A stretch of DNA of 64,000 nt from positions 32,001 to 96,000 of IMG/VR virus record IMGVR_UViG_3300033182_000538, one strand, 5' to 3'. The number at the start of each line of letters is the position of its first letter. Position 1 is the stretch's first letter. This stretch comes from a virus. The notes below the pieces were generated by a model. It had not been told where the DNA came from. It made no database searches and saw only the letters and a list, made by a program, of their open reading frames with translations. Made by a program: the position numbers and the translations under genes. Below are positions 36,526 to 46,488 of this stretch, one piece after another.

Positions 36526-37147
36526 GTTTTCGTAGTGGAAACAAGGGCTGTTTGGGTTTAGAATCCCATAAATGGTCATAATTATCCCACTTACCATACC
36601 CTAACTTATCATAGTCAACTTTAAATCGTTTGTAAACCGCTTCTCTTAATTGCTCTTCATCCCAATTATATCCTTTAGGAATATATGTTCTTCCAACTGA
36701 TGGGACATCTAATACATAATCATCTGGCATAAATGGTAATAACCGAATGTCATCTTGTATCGTTTCAGCGTGAATAATATAATCTATTCGTGGATTTGTA
36801 TTTATTGATATCCCATATGAAGTCCAAGCTTGAAACCAATCATTGTTCATTTCAAGTATGGCTGTTAATGGGTCAACATTAACTCTTTTTAATTCATTTC
36901 TATCATTTTGAGCATACTTCCAATATGATAACCATCGATAATACGGGTGTCTTACTAAAGTAATGTGTAAGTAATCATCTTCGGCTTCTTCAGGCCAAAG
37001 ATTAGCGTGAGTAAAATCCGATGGGTGGTCTTCACTTGGCCAATGTGGGTTGAGGTCGCAGTGTTTTTTGAAAATGTCTCTGACAGTTCTACTACCCACT
37101 TTAGGAGGGGCTGTCCATACAAATCTATTTTTGTGACTTATATTCAC
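36521..37147 (-). CDS. Sulfotransferase family 2-like protein
   Basis: 5'-PSB motif PPKVGSRTV, 3'-PB motif VRHPYYRWLSYW, and D..LGY end. Confidence 0.75.
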   Translation of the reverse strand: MNISHKNRFVWTAPPKVGSRTVRDIFKKHCDLNPHWPSEDHPSDFTHANLWPEEAEDDYLHITLVRHPYYRWLSYWKYAQNDRNELKRVNVDPLTAILEMNNDWFQAWTSYGISINTNPRIDYIIHAETIQDDIRLLPFMPDDYVLDVPSVGRTYIPKGYNWDEEQLREAVYKRFKVDYDKLGYGKWDNYDHLWDSKPKQPLFPLRKL

Positions 37148-37731
37148 TACTTTTCAGTATCAAAAAAGAATGTTTGAAATAATCTACCATCAAGTAGACC
37201 TTGACCAAAATAGTCCATAGACATATGAAAGTGGTCACCTCTATATAATACAAGTCTATTGTATTTGTTTGCTAATCTATCTACCAACTCCCATTTAGTC
37301 ATATCTTGAGAGTCATTATAGATTTCAGATAGTAACTCATTATTGTATGACCCATCTTCATTTTTTGGAGCCATAGTAAGTCCTGTTGGTTTGTGTCTAA
37401 ATAAACCAGTCCCACTACTTAAAGGTGCATCGGGTGTCAAATAACAAACTCCCGCCCACTTTGTAGTTTGGTCTGCGTGAATCCAACTTCTATCTCGTGA
37501 AGTTGTGTATTGGTAAGCGCCGGTGTATTGTTCATCTGACCAATAAGTTACACTACCATAAAATGGTTTTACTACATTTTCGATTGTACCTTTTATTGAA
37601 TCATTTAAAAACGAAGTAGTTCGTGGGCCTGGATAATTTCCACGAACTGAAAAGTCTTGTTCTAACGCTTGTTCTCTGACTGAATCTACATCTGAGTAGA
37701 AATCATCAATAATATACGCTGATATTTGCAT
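37147..37731 (-). CDS. 2OG-Fe(II) oxygenase (DUF6445-like)
   Basis: IIDDFY, GNYPGPR, WIHAD, WAGVCYLTPDAP..GT, NRLVLY...FH and RLFQTFFF motifs. Confidence 0.8.
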   Translation of the reverse strand: MQISAYIIDDFYSDVDSVREQALEQDFSVRGNYPGPRTTSFLNDSIKGTIENVVKPFYGSVTYWSDEQYTGAYQYTTSRDRSWIHADQTTKWAGVCYLTPDAPLSSGTGLFRHKPTGLTMAPKNEDGSYNNELLSEIYNDSQDMTKWELVDRLANKYNRLVLYRGDHFHMSMDYFGQGLLDGRLFQTFFFDTEK

Positions 37732-37879
37732 AACTTAGATTGTTCTATATCTTCTTTTGTTGTTTAGTTTAAGTCTATACGACTTACCCATATAACTTTT
37801 TGATTGTACTCTATCGTTAAAATCGTTTCTAATGGTATTTAATTGTGTATTACCATTTTCTTGATTATTATTATTCATA

Positions 37880-38809
37880 TTACATATTTTTAGTGATAAC
37901 ATCAGGTGCGTTATCTTTCACCCATTGGAACAACTTGTCCTTCCAAACCTTCTCAGGTAGAATTCCACTACCAGCCTTTTTAACTGGTAATGATAAGAAT
38001 CCTTTTGCTATACCTTTTACACTTTTACCTTCAGCGTCTTTGTAGAATACTGTATGTTGTGGGTTATTAAGAATAACATCAACTCTACCATTCATACCCT
38101 TTGGTAATGCTCTTGTTACTAAAGACCAAACCGTGTTAGCAGCACCTTCGTGAGTTTTCAATAGAATATCTTCAGGCACCATTCTTTCACGACCTTTGTT
38201 ATTTTCCATAGCAGTTACATAATTCGTAAGAATCCAAGTAAGGTGAATATTCTTTGAATCATATCCTGCTTTTTTCAACTGAGGAAGTACATCAGTAACA
38301 TCTGATAAATCCTTAGCCGTGATATCAAACATAATGTTAGGTAATGTATCAGGATTATCTTTTCCTTTTAACAAATACATTAAAGAGTTATCCTTGATAC
38401 CCATAGCTTTTACTAAGTTATGTAAAACACTAACGTGGTCAGGATTCTTTAGATTTAAGTTACGAAGAGTTTGTTTAATACCAGTTGGAGTTTCCGAATT
38501 GAATACCTTTTGTACAAGTTTCATATCTTTTGGTTTAATGTTTTTACCATATTTTCTAATAATAGTACCAACATCAATTTTACCCAAACGATTCAATCTC
38601 TGAAGTTGTTTCTTTATTTTATCAACATCACGAACTTTGAATCCGGCGGAATCCAAGAAGTGTGACCCTGCGAATCCTTTACCAGAACCAGCACCACCAG
38701 CCAAGAATACCACTTGACCATAAGGTTTTCTATTACCATAAGTAATCAACTTTTCATCAAGTTGTTCTTCATTGATTACTTCCATTATTAATTTTTTAAT
38801 AAAATTCAT
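37880..38809 (-). CDS. P-loop kinase (zeta-toxin-like) with N-terminal propeptide-like segment
   Basis: VFLAGGAGSGKG, DVD, MFDITA, LKKAGYD and RERMVP motifs. Confidence 0.7.
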   Translation of the reverse strand: MNFIKKLIMEVINEEQLDEKLITYGNRKPYGQVVFLAGGAGSGKGFAGSHFLDSAGFKVRDVDKIKKQLQRLNRLGKIDVGTIIRKYGKNIKPKDMKLVQKVFNSETPTGIKQTLRNLNLKNPDHVSVLHNLVKAMGIKDNSLMYLLKGKDNPDTLPNIMFDITAKDLSDVTDVLPQLKKAGYDSKNIHLTWILTNYVTAMENNKGRERMVPEDILLKTHEGAANTVWSLVTRALPKGMNGRVDVILNNPQHTVFYKDAEGKSVKGIAKGFLSLPVKKAGSGILPEKVWKDKLFQWVKDNAPDVITKNM

Positions 38810-38976
38810 ATTACTCCTTCGACCTGTATGGGAACATACGATTTAGCTTTTCTCTACGCTTATTACAACCACAGTCTTCTTTACCAGCAACCTCAGCAAT
38901 TTTTTCTGCTAGTTTATCTAATTTAGTAGCTGATGTGATTTTAGCGACTGTGTCACCTAATCCTTTTGATTTGTTG

Positions 38977-39204
38977 TTACTCATATTCAGTTCTAAGCTC
39001 TACATTAAATCCATATTCTCTAAAAACTTCATATAATTCCTCAGCAGTAGGGCCTTCGTATATCCTACACTCACCTGATGTGTGAACTATATTAGCGATA
39101 GACATCCCTTGAGTGGTAGGATATGATAGATACTTTCTACACATAGATACTACCTCATCAAAAGAGTGTACGTTATCATTTAATAAATATAGTGATGCTT
39201 TCAT
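38977..39204 (-). CDS. clpS: ClpS-like Clp protease adaptor
   Basis: LYLLNDNVHSFDEV...IANIVHTSG.C.IYEG motif. Confidence 0.7.
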   Translation of the reverse strand: MKASLYLLNDNVHSFDEVVSMCRKYLSYPTTQGMSIANIVHTSGECRIYEGPTAEELYEVFREYGFNVELRTEYE

Positions 39205-39392
39205 TAAAGGTCAAAATATATAACTTGTTTAATATTGTACTCTGATTTAAAGGTTTGTATACGCTCGGCTAACTCCGATTCTTTACAAACCTCTGCTTTT
39301 ACATTTATACCATCTTCGGTTTGGACATATATTAGTCGGTCACCTTTTAAACTCTTTACTTCTTCATCGAGTCTTTTTATTATCAGATTCAT
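39204..39392 (-). CDS. Hypothetical protein
   Basis: ORF tiles with its neighbours. Confidence 0.5.
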   Translation of the reverse strand: MNLIIKRLDEEVKSLKGDRLIYVQTEDGINVKAEVCKESELAERIQTFKSEYNIKQVIYFDL

Positions 39393-39579
39393 TGTTATTC
39401 TCCAATGTACTCATAAGTTCAACAATATGTTGACACTTTTTGTAGTCTTCTATCGTTTCATAGTAGTCTAACATTTTTTTCAAAACACGTTTTTTAGTAG
39501 ATAAATCGACCATCTCAGGATTATACAATAAAATATCGTATACTTCATCGATAGCCTTATCTATGTACTCTTCACTCAT
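39364..39579 (-). CDS. Hypothetical protein with UVR-like E-YE-C motif
   Basis: LDYYETIEDYKKCQHI. Confidence 0.5.
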   Translation of the reverse strand: MSEEYIDKAIDEVYDILLYNPEMVDLSTKKRVLKKMLDYYETIEDYKKCQHIVELMSTLENNNESDNKKTR

Positions 39580-39617
39580 AAATATATTTTGGAAAATTAA
39601 TAAAAACTAATTTTTGA

Positions 39618-39992
39618 TTATTTTAATGCTTCTGATAGAATCCAACCTAACAAACCAATGATACCGCTGAAAAGAACCCATAATGCTCTACTTACACCAG
39701 ATTTCCAATCTTGTAACTTTTCTATCTCAGTTTCTAACTCAAGAATTCGTTCGTTACTACCTTCAGAAGCTTCTCTATGTTCTGTGTTTTTATTTACACG
39801 AACGATTACACCATTTTCTGGATTAAGTAATGTATACTTAATATCGGACATATCTTCTTTTAAATCGTGATACACATTCTTGATTTCAGTAATATCACTT
39901 TCCATTCGTTTCAACTCACCATTTGGGAGTTTAGTTTTCATTACTGATAACTCATTAAGAATATTTTCTAATATGTCTTTTTGTGTAGCCAT
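39618..39992 (-). CDS. Coiled-coil protein with C-terminal TM helix
   Basis: Heptad-rich body and ALWVLFSGIIGLLGWIL tail. Confidence 0.6.
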   Translation of the reverse strand: MATQKDILENILNELSVMKTKLPNGELKRMESDITEIKNVYHDLKEDMSDIKYTLLNPENGVIVRVNKNTEHREASEGSNERILELETEIEKLQDWKSGVSRALWVLFSGIIGLLGWILSEALK

Positions 39993-40009
39993 TTTAAATC
40001 CTCTTAGTA

Positions 40010-40276
40010 CTATGTCCAAATAGCGGATGCGATTGATTGTACTAACGAGTTTTCACCAGAGACATCAGTAGCATCACCATTATCTTCAACAAATCTATAA
40101 ATAAATCTATGAATTTTATTTTCTACTGGTAAATCATTATCAGAAACATCATCAATTGTAACCTTTTCGTGAATGAGAATATAAGGATGAGCTATATTCA
40201 TACCAGCGTCACCATCAGGGTCTTCTGCTAAATATACATCAGCGTGTAAAAAGTCGATTGTTTTTGTTATTGCCAT
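40010..40276 (-). CDS. Small tail-fibre-associated-like protein
   Basis: MAITK...HR...DVSGE..VQSIA.AIWT pattern, recalled from small phage structural genes. Confidence 0.45.
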   Translation of the reverse strand: MAITKTIDFLHADVYLAEDPDGDAGMNIAHPYILIHEKVTIDDVSDNDLPVENKIHRFIYRFVEDNGDATDVSGENSLVQSIASAIWT

Positions 40277-40304
40277 AATTTATAAATTTATATACTAATA
40301 AGTA

Positions 40305-40874
40305 TTACAAACATTCCAAGAACGTATCGGAAATATAATTTTCTAATAGTTCTTTCTTTTCATTAGAATTTAAGTGTTCAACGGTTAGAACCGATTTGAT
40401 TCTAACATTAGGATATTTCTTTTGTAGACTAGCAACTGCTCTTACATTTTTGATTGAGTCATCCATAAATGCAATATCAGTATATCCCTTTGAAATATGT
40501 TTTTCAATCCAACGAGCTTTATCCATTGGGTCGTTAGAACCAAGAGTTACAGGATAAACATTCAACCCATACTCATCTTTGAAGAATTTTCTGATAGGGA
40601 ATCCTAACTTCCTTGCAGTTAGAATAGTCACCTTCTTTTGTGGATTCTTCAACATTCGTTGGAGTAGTTTGAAGTTCTTCTTGATGACTTGTGGATTATT
40701 TAACATACGATTAAAGTCTCTGAAATCGTACTCATCACCTGGCTTTTCATTATACTTTGCGTATTCTTCTGGTGAAAGGGCAGTCTCAGTCCCATCTTTG
40801 TGTTTTACATAGATGTACGATGCAGTCGTTGCCAACGTGTCATCAAAATCAAATACTCTTAATACTCTAGCCAT
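40305..40874 (-). CDS. HAD-superfamily phosphatase (Swiss-Army-knife RNA-repair-like)
   Basis: VFDFDDTL, ILTAR, K and FMDDS.KN motifs. Confidence 0.8.
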   Translation of the reverse strand: MARVLRVFDFDDTLATTASYIYVKHKDGTETALSPEEYAKYNEKPGDEYDFRDFNRMLNNPQVIKKNFKLLQRMLKNPQKKVTILTARKLGFPIRKFFKDEYGLNVYPVTLGSNDPMDKARWIEKHISKGYTDIAFMDDSIKNVRAVASLQKKYPNVRIKSVLTVEHLNSNEKKELLENYISDTFLECL

Positions 40875-40875
40875 A

Positions 40876-41157
40876 TTATTCGTTTACAAATATAATCTCA
40901 TCACCAACGTGCATATGAGCCTTCTTTAATGTTGGTGCTAATAAAGGATGTTCTGCCATCGAACTATGCGCAGCGTGAACACAGTATGGGCAATTTTCCT
41001 CATATACCTTATCAAGAGTTTCAATCACATCTTCAGTTTTAAGTTTGATTTCAACGATATCTTTTTGAATCTCTAATGTTGTGTTTAAAACCCAAGCACA
41101 TACACCTAATATAAGTGTACCTGCAAGTCCTGTTATTATTTTACTATCTAATTTCAT
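40876..41157 (-). CDS. N-terminal TM and coiled-coil protein with CPYC/His-rich tail
   Basis: TM helix, heptads, then CPYCVHAAH. Confidence 0.55.
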   Translation of the reverse strand: MKLDSKIITGLAGTLILGVCAWVLNTTLEIQKDIVEIKLKTEDVIETLDKVYEENCPYCVHAAHSSMAEHPLLAPTLKKAHMHVGDEIIFVNE

Positions 41158-41172
41158 AAAATATCTTCTTTC

Positions 41173-41931
41173 TTAATTTAATGTTGGAAGTCCACCAATC
41201 TTTGGGATTCGTTTCTTCCATTTGTTGTAAATCAATTCTCTATTCTTCTTACTGATAATACCATCATCAACAAGCGAATCTAAATAATCATCAACCACTT
41301 TCTGATATGGTTGTTTGATTGTCTTTGCTTTAGAATACAATCCGTGGATGTTAGCATCTACCTCTTTTGGTAACAAGAAATACTTGTAGAACAACTTTTC
41401 ATCACCACGAATCTTTTGTCTCATTTTGAGGTCACCCCTCATCCACTTGGATGGTTTTGAACCATATGAATTTCTTCCGTGAGTTAGGTGTTCGAGTTCG
41501 TGTCTTACCAAGTCACGAAGGACTGGCTGAATCTTTGAAAAGATTCTCTCACCATCTTCGGGATGAACTCCAATAATTACTTCCATACTTGGAAAGTCCT
41601 TATCAGTTTCGGCAGCACCATCGATGTAAAATGTTCCCTTCTTTACACCATCTTCGGATACAGCCAACTTCATTTCAACATCTACCGACAACCCACTAAT
41701 ATTATCTGAAAATTCACCAACATAGATTGTTCGGTCTTCTTTCTCGAACATATTCTTTAATGAGGTCATTGGGATTGGGTCTTTACGAACTTCGTACCCC
41801 TTGTACTTCTTTGGTTTCTCTTGAGTACCACTAGCTTTAATTGCGTCTTTAACCTTCTTAAAGATTGCCTTGTTGATTTCACCCGTGAGTTTATCGTACA
41901 TTCCTTCTAATATGAGTTCTTTGAGTTTCAT
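41173..41931 (-). CDS. HExxH metallopeptidase-like protein, probable virion-internal
   Basis: MKLKELILE start; VRHELEH and Y..LPKEVDA motifs. Confidence 0.6.
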   Translation of the reverse strand: MKLKELILEGMYDKLTGEINKAIFKKVKDAIKASGTQEKPKKYKGYEVRKDPIPMTSLKNMFEKEDRTIYVGEFSDNISGLSVDVEMKLAVSEDGVKKGTFYIDGAAETDKDFPSMEVIIGVHPEDGERIFSKIQPVLRDLVRHELEHLTHGRNSYGSKPSKWMRGDLKMRQKIRGDEKLFYKYFLLPKEVDANIHGLYSKAKTIKQPYQKVVDDYLDSLVDDGIISKKNRELIYNKWKKRIPKIGGLPTLN

Positions 41932-41952
41932 TACAAATATACGAATTTTTTA

Positions 41953-43023
41953 TTAAATCTCCAACTTTTTGTCGGGAGTTTTGAAATCTTTTTTACGCAT
42001 TACAGTCTTTGCAATGGCTTTGTTTGCCTGTTTCATAAATGGAATGTTGATGTTTGTTCTATCATCAACTGCAACCAATGAGTTGTATTTGTTGAGGAAT
42101 TCAACGAACTCTTTCTTATGTTTAGATAGTCTCTTAAAGAATCCAATGAGTTCTGCTTGTGAGATTTCCTTACCATTACGAGGGTCGTTCAATCTATCAA
42201 AGAAGTGTTTGTCGGTTAGTACCACATCTACTGGATTGAGTTTCTTATCAGCAAATTGGTCAATCTTCTGAAGGTCTCCCATTGGGATTTCGTTGATTGG
42301 TAGTTTATTCCAACCTTTTTCTTTGACTATTTTTCTACCACTATCTTTTACAGTCATCAAGTGGTTTTTGTCGTGGTATATCTTTACATACTCAACACCC
42401 TTACCACTTTTGAATAGTTTCTCAGAACCATACTTAGCTACATCTTTTAAAAATGAGTCTGATGACCTTTTGGTTGTCTTTAGTACTGGTTTGTTATTAC
42501 TATCATATCCAACCAAATCAAATCTAACACCACCAAACTCGTTGATTGTTGATTCATCAAGAAGTCTATATTTTAGAAGTGGTTTACCATTGATTGTGAT
42601 GTCACCCTTTTCGTTTTTACCGATTGACTTCACTACGATTCTCTTATTCTTGAATTTACCACCAAGGATTGTATCACCAACTGAAATAGGAATGTTGATG
42701 TCTTCACCAATCGGTTTCATCCCAGCAGACTTTCTCAATTTGTTGAGTTGGTCGAGTGTCTTCTTTTGAGCAGGTGAGCCAGGCATTTGTCTCATTGCCT
42801 TGTTGATAAGTTTCATCATCTCAAGGTCAGTACCTTCTTGAATCTTGGCGTTCATATGTTTCTTATACAAATACATAAGGAATGGAGTGAGCTCCTTTAC
42901 CATCTTCGCCTTTTCTTTCTGAAAATTGTGCGATACCGTCACCTTATCCCCTGCTTTAGGTGGATGGTGGATGGTCTGAACAGCTGACCTTTTTATTTGT
43001 TTTGTAGTGATTCCAAGCGGCAT
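41953..43023 (-). CDS. Multi-module basic protein, probable virion-internal polyprotein
   Basis: Unrelated short modules separated by IQE, IGE and INE sites; C-terminal KHFFDRLNDPRN...KTVMRK module. Confidence 0.55.
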   Translation of the reverse strand: MPLGITTKQIKRSAVQTIHHPPKAGDKVTVSHNFQKEKAKMVKELTPFLMYLYKKHMNAKIQEGTDLEMMKLINKAMRQMPGSPAQKKTLDQLNKLRKSAGMKPIGEDINIPISVGDTILGGKFKNKRIVVKSIGKNEKGDITINGKPLLKYRLLDESTINEFGGVRFDLVGYDSNNKPVLKTTKRSSDSFLKDVAKYGSEKLFKSGKGVEYVKIYHDKNHLMTVKDSGRKIVKEKGWNKLPINEIPMGDLQKIDQFADKKLNPVDVVLTDKHFFDRLNDPRNGKEISQAELIGFFKRLSKHKKEFVEFLNKYNSLVAVDDRTNINIPFMKQANKAIAKTVMRKKDFKTPDKKLEI

Positions 43024-43042
43024 TACAATCGTTCCATTAATT

Positions 43043-43372
43043 TTATTTGTGTTTTGCGTTTTCTATTTCTAACTCTTTTACTACTTTTCTTAGTTCATCT
43101 ACTTCTTTTTGTAAGTATTCGATTCTAAGGTCTTGTTTTGCGTCATCAGGTAATGCACCCATTTCACCTCTTGGCCACTTTACTCTAAATTCGTGATTTA
43201 ATTCAACATCATCTTGCATTCTAATTATATCTAATTGTAATTGAGAAATCTCTGCGGTTAAACTAAACCAAACACCTGCGACAGATACAATACCTAATAC
43301 CATTCCTATCAATGCTTTAATGTCTAATTGTACTTTAGACTTTTCACCTATTATGTTTTCTTGCGCTTCCAT
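43043..43372 (-). CDS. TM and coiled-coil protein (paralog of 44593..44877)
   Basis: IGEKSKVQLDIKALIG...GVWFSL.AEI. Confidence 0.65.
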   Translation of the reverse strand: MEAQENIIGEKSKVQLDIKALIGMVLGIVSVAGVWFSLTAEISQLQLDIIRMQDDVELNHEFRVKWPRGEMGALPDDAKQDLRIEYLQKEVDELRKVVKELEIENAKHK

Positions 43373-43401
43373 CGGTTATTTATCTCCTATTAATATAAAT
43401 G

Positions 43402-44046
43402 TCATAACCGTTGCATCTTTTTTAGATACTTGAACATTTCGTTACCAAGTTTCTCACCAAATCGTGAATCTGATGGGTAGTGAGCCCTTGCTATATTTCT
43501 TGAATAAGATATATCCTTACCAATACTCATAAAATTGTATTGATGGTCAGGATACATATCACCCAATACTTTAGCAATCAGTATACCCTGAGTAGAGTGA
43601 CCACTTGGATAAGATGGAGTTTTCATCGACTCCAACTCATTACCTCTTAGTGGTATGTTTACCAAAGGGTGTTTCGCCAATTGTGTTGGTCTTGGTCTAT
43701 TATATAAGTATTTAAGTGTAGTGATAATAATTGAAGAATCATCTAACAAAGTTTCAACTAATTGTTTAGGAAAGTCCAATCCAGCCGTATCACAATATTC
43801 TTTGAATACTTTAGAAACATTATCCATCTCTTCAACAAACTTTTTATCAGATGGTAATTGTGATAATTGTTGTAATTCTATCTTTACTTTAGATGAATCA
43901 TTACAATGTGGTGGTTGTCCTGCGAACTGTTTCCATTCAAAATCCTTCAACATAGATGGAGTTTGTTTCATTCTCTTGAGATGTTTAGATTTTATCTCTT
44001 CAGAGTATCCCATTGTTTTTAGTTGAACGATGTCTGATAATTTCAT
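43402..44046 (-). CDS. PAP2-family acid phosphatase/haloperoxidase-like protein
   Basis: KYLYNRPRP, SYPSGH and SRNIARAHYPSD motifs. Confidence 0.85.
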   Translation of the reverse strand: MKLSDIVQLKTMGYSEEIKSKHLKRMKQTPSMLKDFEWKQFAGQPPHCNDSSKVKIELQQLSQLPSDKKFVEEMDNVSKVFKEYCDTAGLDFPKQLVETLLDDSSIIITTLKYLYNRPRPTQLAKHPLVNIPLRGNELESMKTPSYPSGHSTQGILIAKVLGDMYPDHQYNFMSIGKDISYSRNIARAHYPSDSRFGEKLGNEMFKYLKKMQRL

Positions 44047-44180
44047 CTTCCTTGTCCGTTGTAAGGTTTTTTGTAATTCTTAGCATTCTTACTCTTACTA
44101 TTCTTAGTTTTTGCGTGAACACCTGGTTTTTTTCTTTTGTGACTCTTTAGTTTTGTGGATGATATAATTTTTGCCATAAT

Positions 44181-44588
44181 TTAAAATTTAGAAGATTCTT
44201 TGATTTCATCTATTGTTTCTTGGAGTTCTTCTAAATCAACAGGACACTCCAAATCCAATCCTGCCTTAAAGGTCTCCTGTAAAATACCATCTTTAAAAAT
44301 TAAGATAGTGGGAGCCATTCTGATTCTATATTTCTTTTTAGCTTCAGGCGATACAGCAACATCACATCTATAATAGTTACTAATTCCTTTTACTTTATTC
44401 CAATCTTGAAATGCGTTTATATCATTGAACTTTGCCCAAAATTCAACAACTACTATTGATACTTCATCATCTCCAAATGCTGACTTCTCGTGTATCTTTT
44501 CTTCGTATGTTTTGTCACTTATCCATTCTTGACCGTGTAAATTAAATACACTCATTAATAAGAAACTGATTAATAACAATTTTTTCAT
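44181..44588 (-). CDS. Secreted thioredoxin-fold protein lacking CxxC
   Basis: Signal peptide; VVVEFWAKFN where FWA.WC..C is expected; cis-Pro motif MAPTILIFKDG. Confidence 0.7.
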   Translation of the reverse strand: MKKLLLISFLLMSVFNLHGQEWISDKTYEEKIHEKSAFGDDEVSIVVVEFWAKFNDINAFQDWNKVKGISNYYRCDVAVSPEAKKKYRIRMAPTILIFKDGILQETFKAGLDLECPVDLEELQETIDEIKESSKF

Positions 44589-44592
44589 TTCA

Positions 44593-44877
44593 TTACCTCG
44601 TTTGTTGTATCTGATACAATCTCTCATCTATTTTATCAAGCTTTTCTTTGATTTCATCAACATCATCTTGAGTATCCATAATTGTTTGGCGGATGAGCTC
44701 ATCTTTCATATCAAATTCCATTCTATCAATAACAGGTGCGGGTAACTCTTTAGCTTCTTGTATATCGGCTTGAAGGGCAAACCACATACCAACCACTGTC
44801 GCTACAGCGAAAAGAATGATACCTATCGTTTTAAGGTCAAGTGTGATTTTAGTATCTTCACCAATTTGCTTTGCCAT
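44593..44877 (-). CDS. TM and coiled-coil protein
   Basis: IGEDTKITLDLKTIG...GMWFALQADI followed by heptads. Confidence 0.65.
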   Translation of the reverse strand: MAKQIGEDTKITLDLKTIGIILFAVATVVGMWFALQADIQEAKELPAPVIDRMEFDMKDELIRQTIMDTQDDVDEIKEKLDKIDERLYQIQQTR

Positions 44878-44888
44878 TTTTATCCTTA

Positions 44889-46130
44889 TTACCTAAATGT
44901 ATAGTTAATACCAAATGTTGTTATGAAGAACTTAGAATCCCACATTCTTGTGTATTCACCTTCAGCGAATAATCCAACGGATTTACTCAACTTCCAACCT
45001 AAGTTAGCGCCAACTTGGAAATCCCACCATTGTTCACCAGTTGCGGCATCAGCCAAACCATACTGGTCCCAATCGTTTCTGAATAAGTAAGATAATGGAA
45101 CTCTACCATATTCATCGGTGTCACCCATCACATATTTGTGCATTGGTAAAAATGCCGTTCCGTATGCGTGAACCCAAAACTTTGAATCATAGTGATAGTA
45201 ATCAAACCCAACTACTGGCGATATCACTCCGAATAAACTTGTGTTTCCTAATACTTCTTGATTGTATAATGAAATTAGTCTCTTGTAAGCTCCATCTCTA
45301 AATTCTAAATCTGAAGATGCGATTCTATTTCCATCCGGGTCCCACCAAAAATATCCGTATATTTGTTCTTCTTCACCCGTGATTGGGTTGTTGATGGTAG
45401 TAGTGTAAAATGCGTCTTGATATCCGTATTCATACGCTAATTCATACCAATAGTTTACTTGGTCGCCATTTGCGTCTAAAGCACTTACCCAAATTTCATA
45501 TGGGTTTACACCATATACTCTTTCGTGAGTTCTAAATGCACCGCCTGCTGATAGTGAGAATTTTTTACCTATTGGTATTCTTCCCCTAACATCAACTGCA
45601 TCATAATTAAAATCAATAGCACCTTGATATCTTCTTTCTAATTTAACAATGTGGTGTTTACCTGTATGTCTAAGGAAGTATCTTTCGTTTTCCCATACCT
45701 CACCTCTTCTTCTTTCCTTTTCCCAATGAAATATATATTCCCATCCCATTACAGCAGAAGTGGGTGCGATTAGTGCGTTTTGTCTTTCTAAGTTTTGGTC
45801 ACCAGTCCAGAAATTACCTGGCTTTCTTTCGTAATCAAATCTACCAAGTTTACGAATACCAAATCCGATTCTATAATCGGCTGGGAAGTATTCAGTTACA
45901 TCAACAACTTCAGGTACATCATAAATACCTTGCCCATCAGGTGTTCTAATTAAATATTTCTTATCCGATGATTCGTATGGCGCTCTATAATCACCTGCTC
46001 CGTATACCGTAGCATACTTAAAGAAACTATCGTAAAATTGTTTTAAAATGCCATCATCCTTCTTTTTACTTTGAGCACTAGCAGGAAGGATAAATAATAT
46101 ACTGATTAAAATTGTTATGAACCTTTTCAT
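44889..46130 (-). CDS. Putative outer-membrane beta-barrel protein
   Basis: Signal peptide, alternating amphipathic strands, and a BAM-type C-terminus FGINYTF. Confidence 0.65.
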   Translation of the reverse strand: MKRFITILISILFILPASAQSKKKDDGILKQFYDSFFKYATVYGAGDYRAPYESSDKKYLIRTPDGQGIYDVPEVVDVTEYFPADYRIGFGIRKLGRFDYERKPGNFWTGDQNLERQNALIAPTSAVMGWEYIFHWEKERRRGEVWENERYFLRHTGKHHIVKLERRYQGAIDFNYDAVDVRGRIPIGKKFSLSAGGAFRTHERVYGVNPYEIWVSALDANGDQVNYWYELAYEYGYQDAFYTTTINNPITGEEEQIYGYFWWDPDGNRIASSDLEFRDGAYKRLISLYNQEVLGNTSLFGVISPVVGFDYYHYDSKFWVHAYGTAFLPMHKYVMGDTDEYGRVPLSYLFRNDWDQYGLADAATGEQWWDFQVGANLGWKLSKSVGLFAEGEYTRMWDSKFFITTFGINYTFR

Positions 46131-46155
46131 AACTCCCCTTTTCTAAATGTTTATC

Positions 46156-46410
46156 TTATTTTTTTGCGAACTTTTCTAATCCCGCGATACCAAAACAGCC
46201 AAGGGTGATGAATACAAAAGAGTTATAGATGAACTCATTGATTACTAAATCTTTTCCAAAGTAACCAGTTGCTAAATCTACCGTTGCGAACACTACCATC
46301 ACAGCAAACGACATAAATCCGATTACGTTTTTTTCGTTTACATCGTTGTCATCTTTAAAAATGTCTTTAAAAGCCATCCAACTCCTCCTAATATAGTTTA
46401 TCATACCCAC
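46156..46410 (-). CDS. Holin-like two-TM protein
   Basis: Two TM helices and a charged EKFAKK end, next to the putative endolysin. Confidence 0.55.
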   Translation of the reverse strand: MGMINYIRRSWMAFKDIFKDDNDVNEKNVIGFMSFAVMVVFATVDLATGYFGKDLVINEFIYNSFVFITLGCFGIAGLEKFAKK

Positions 46411-46488
46411 AACTCTTTTTATAATAATTATACTGATTTTTTGTAAAGATGCTCAGCGAATCCTATTTTTACTGTTAAATCGACTATA

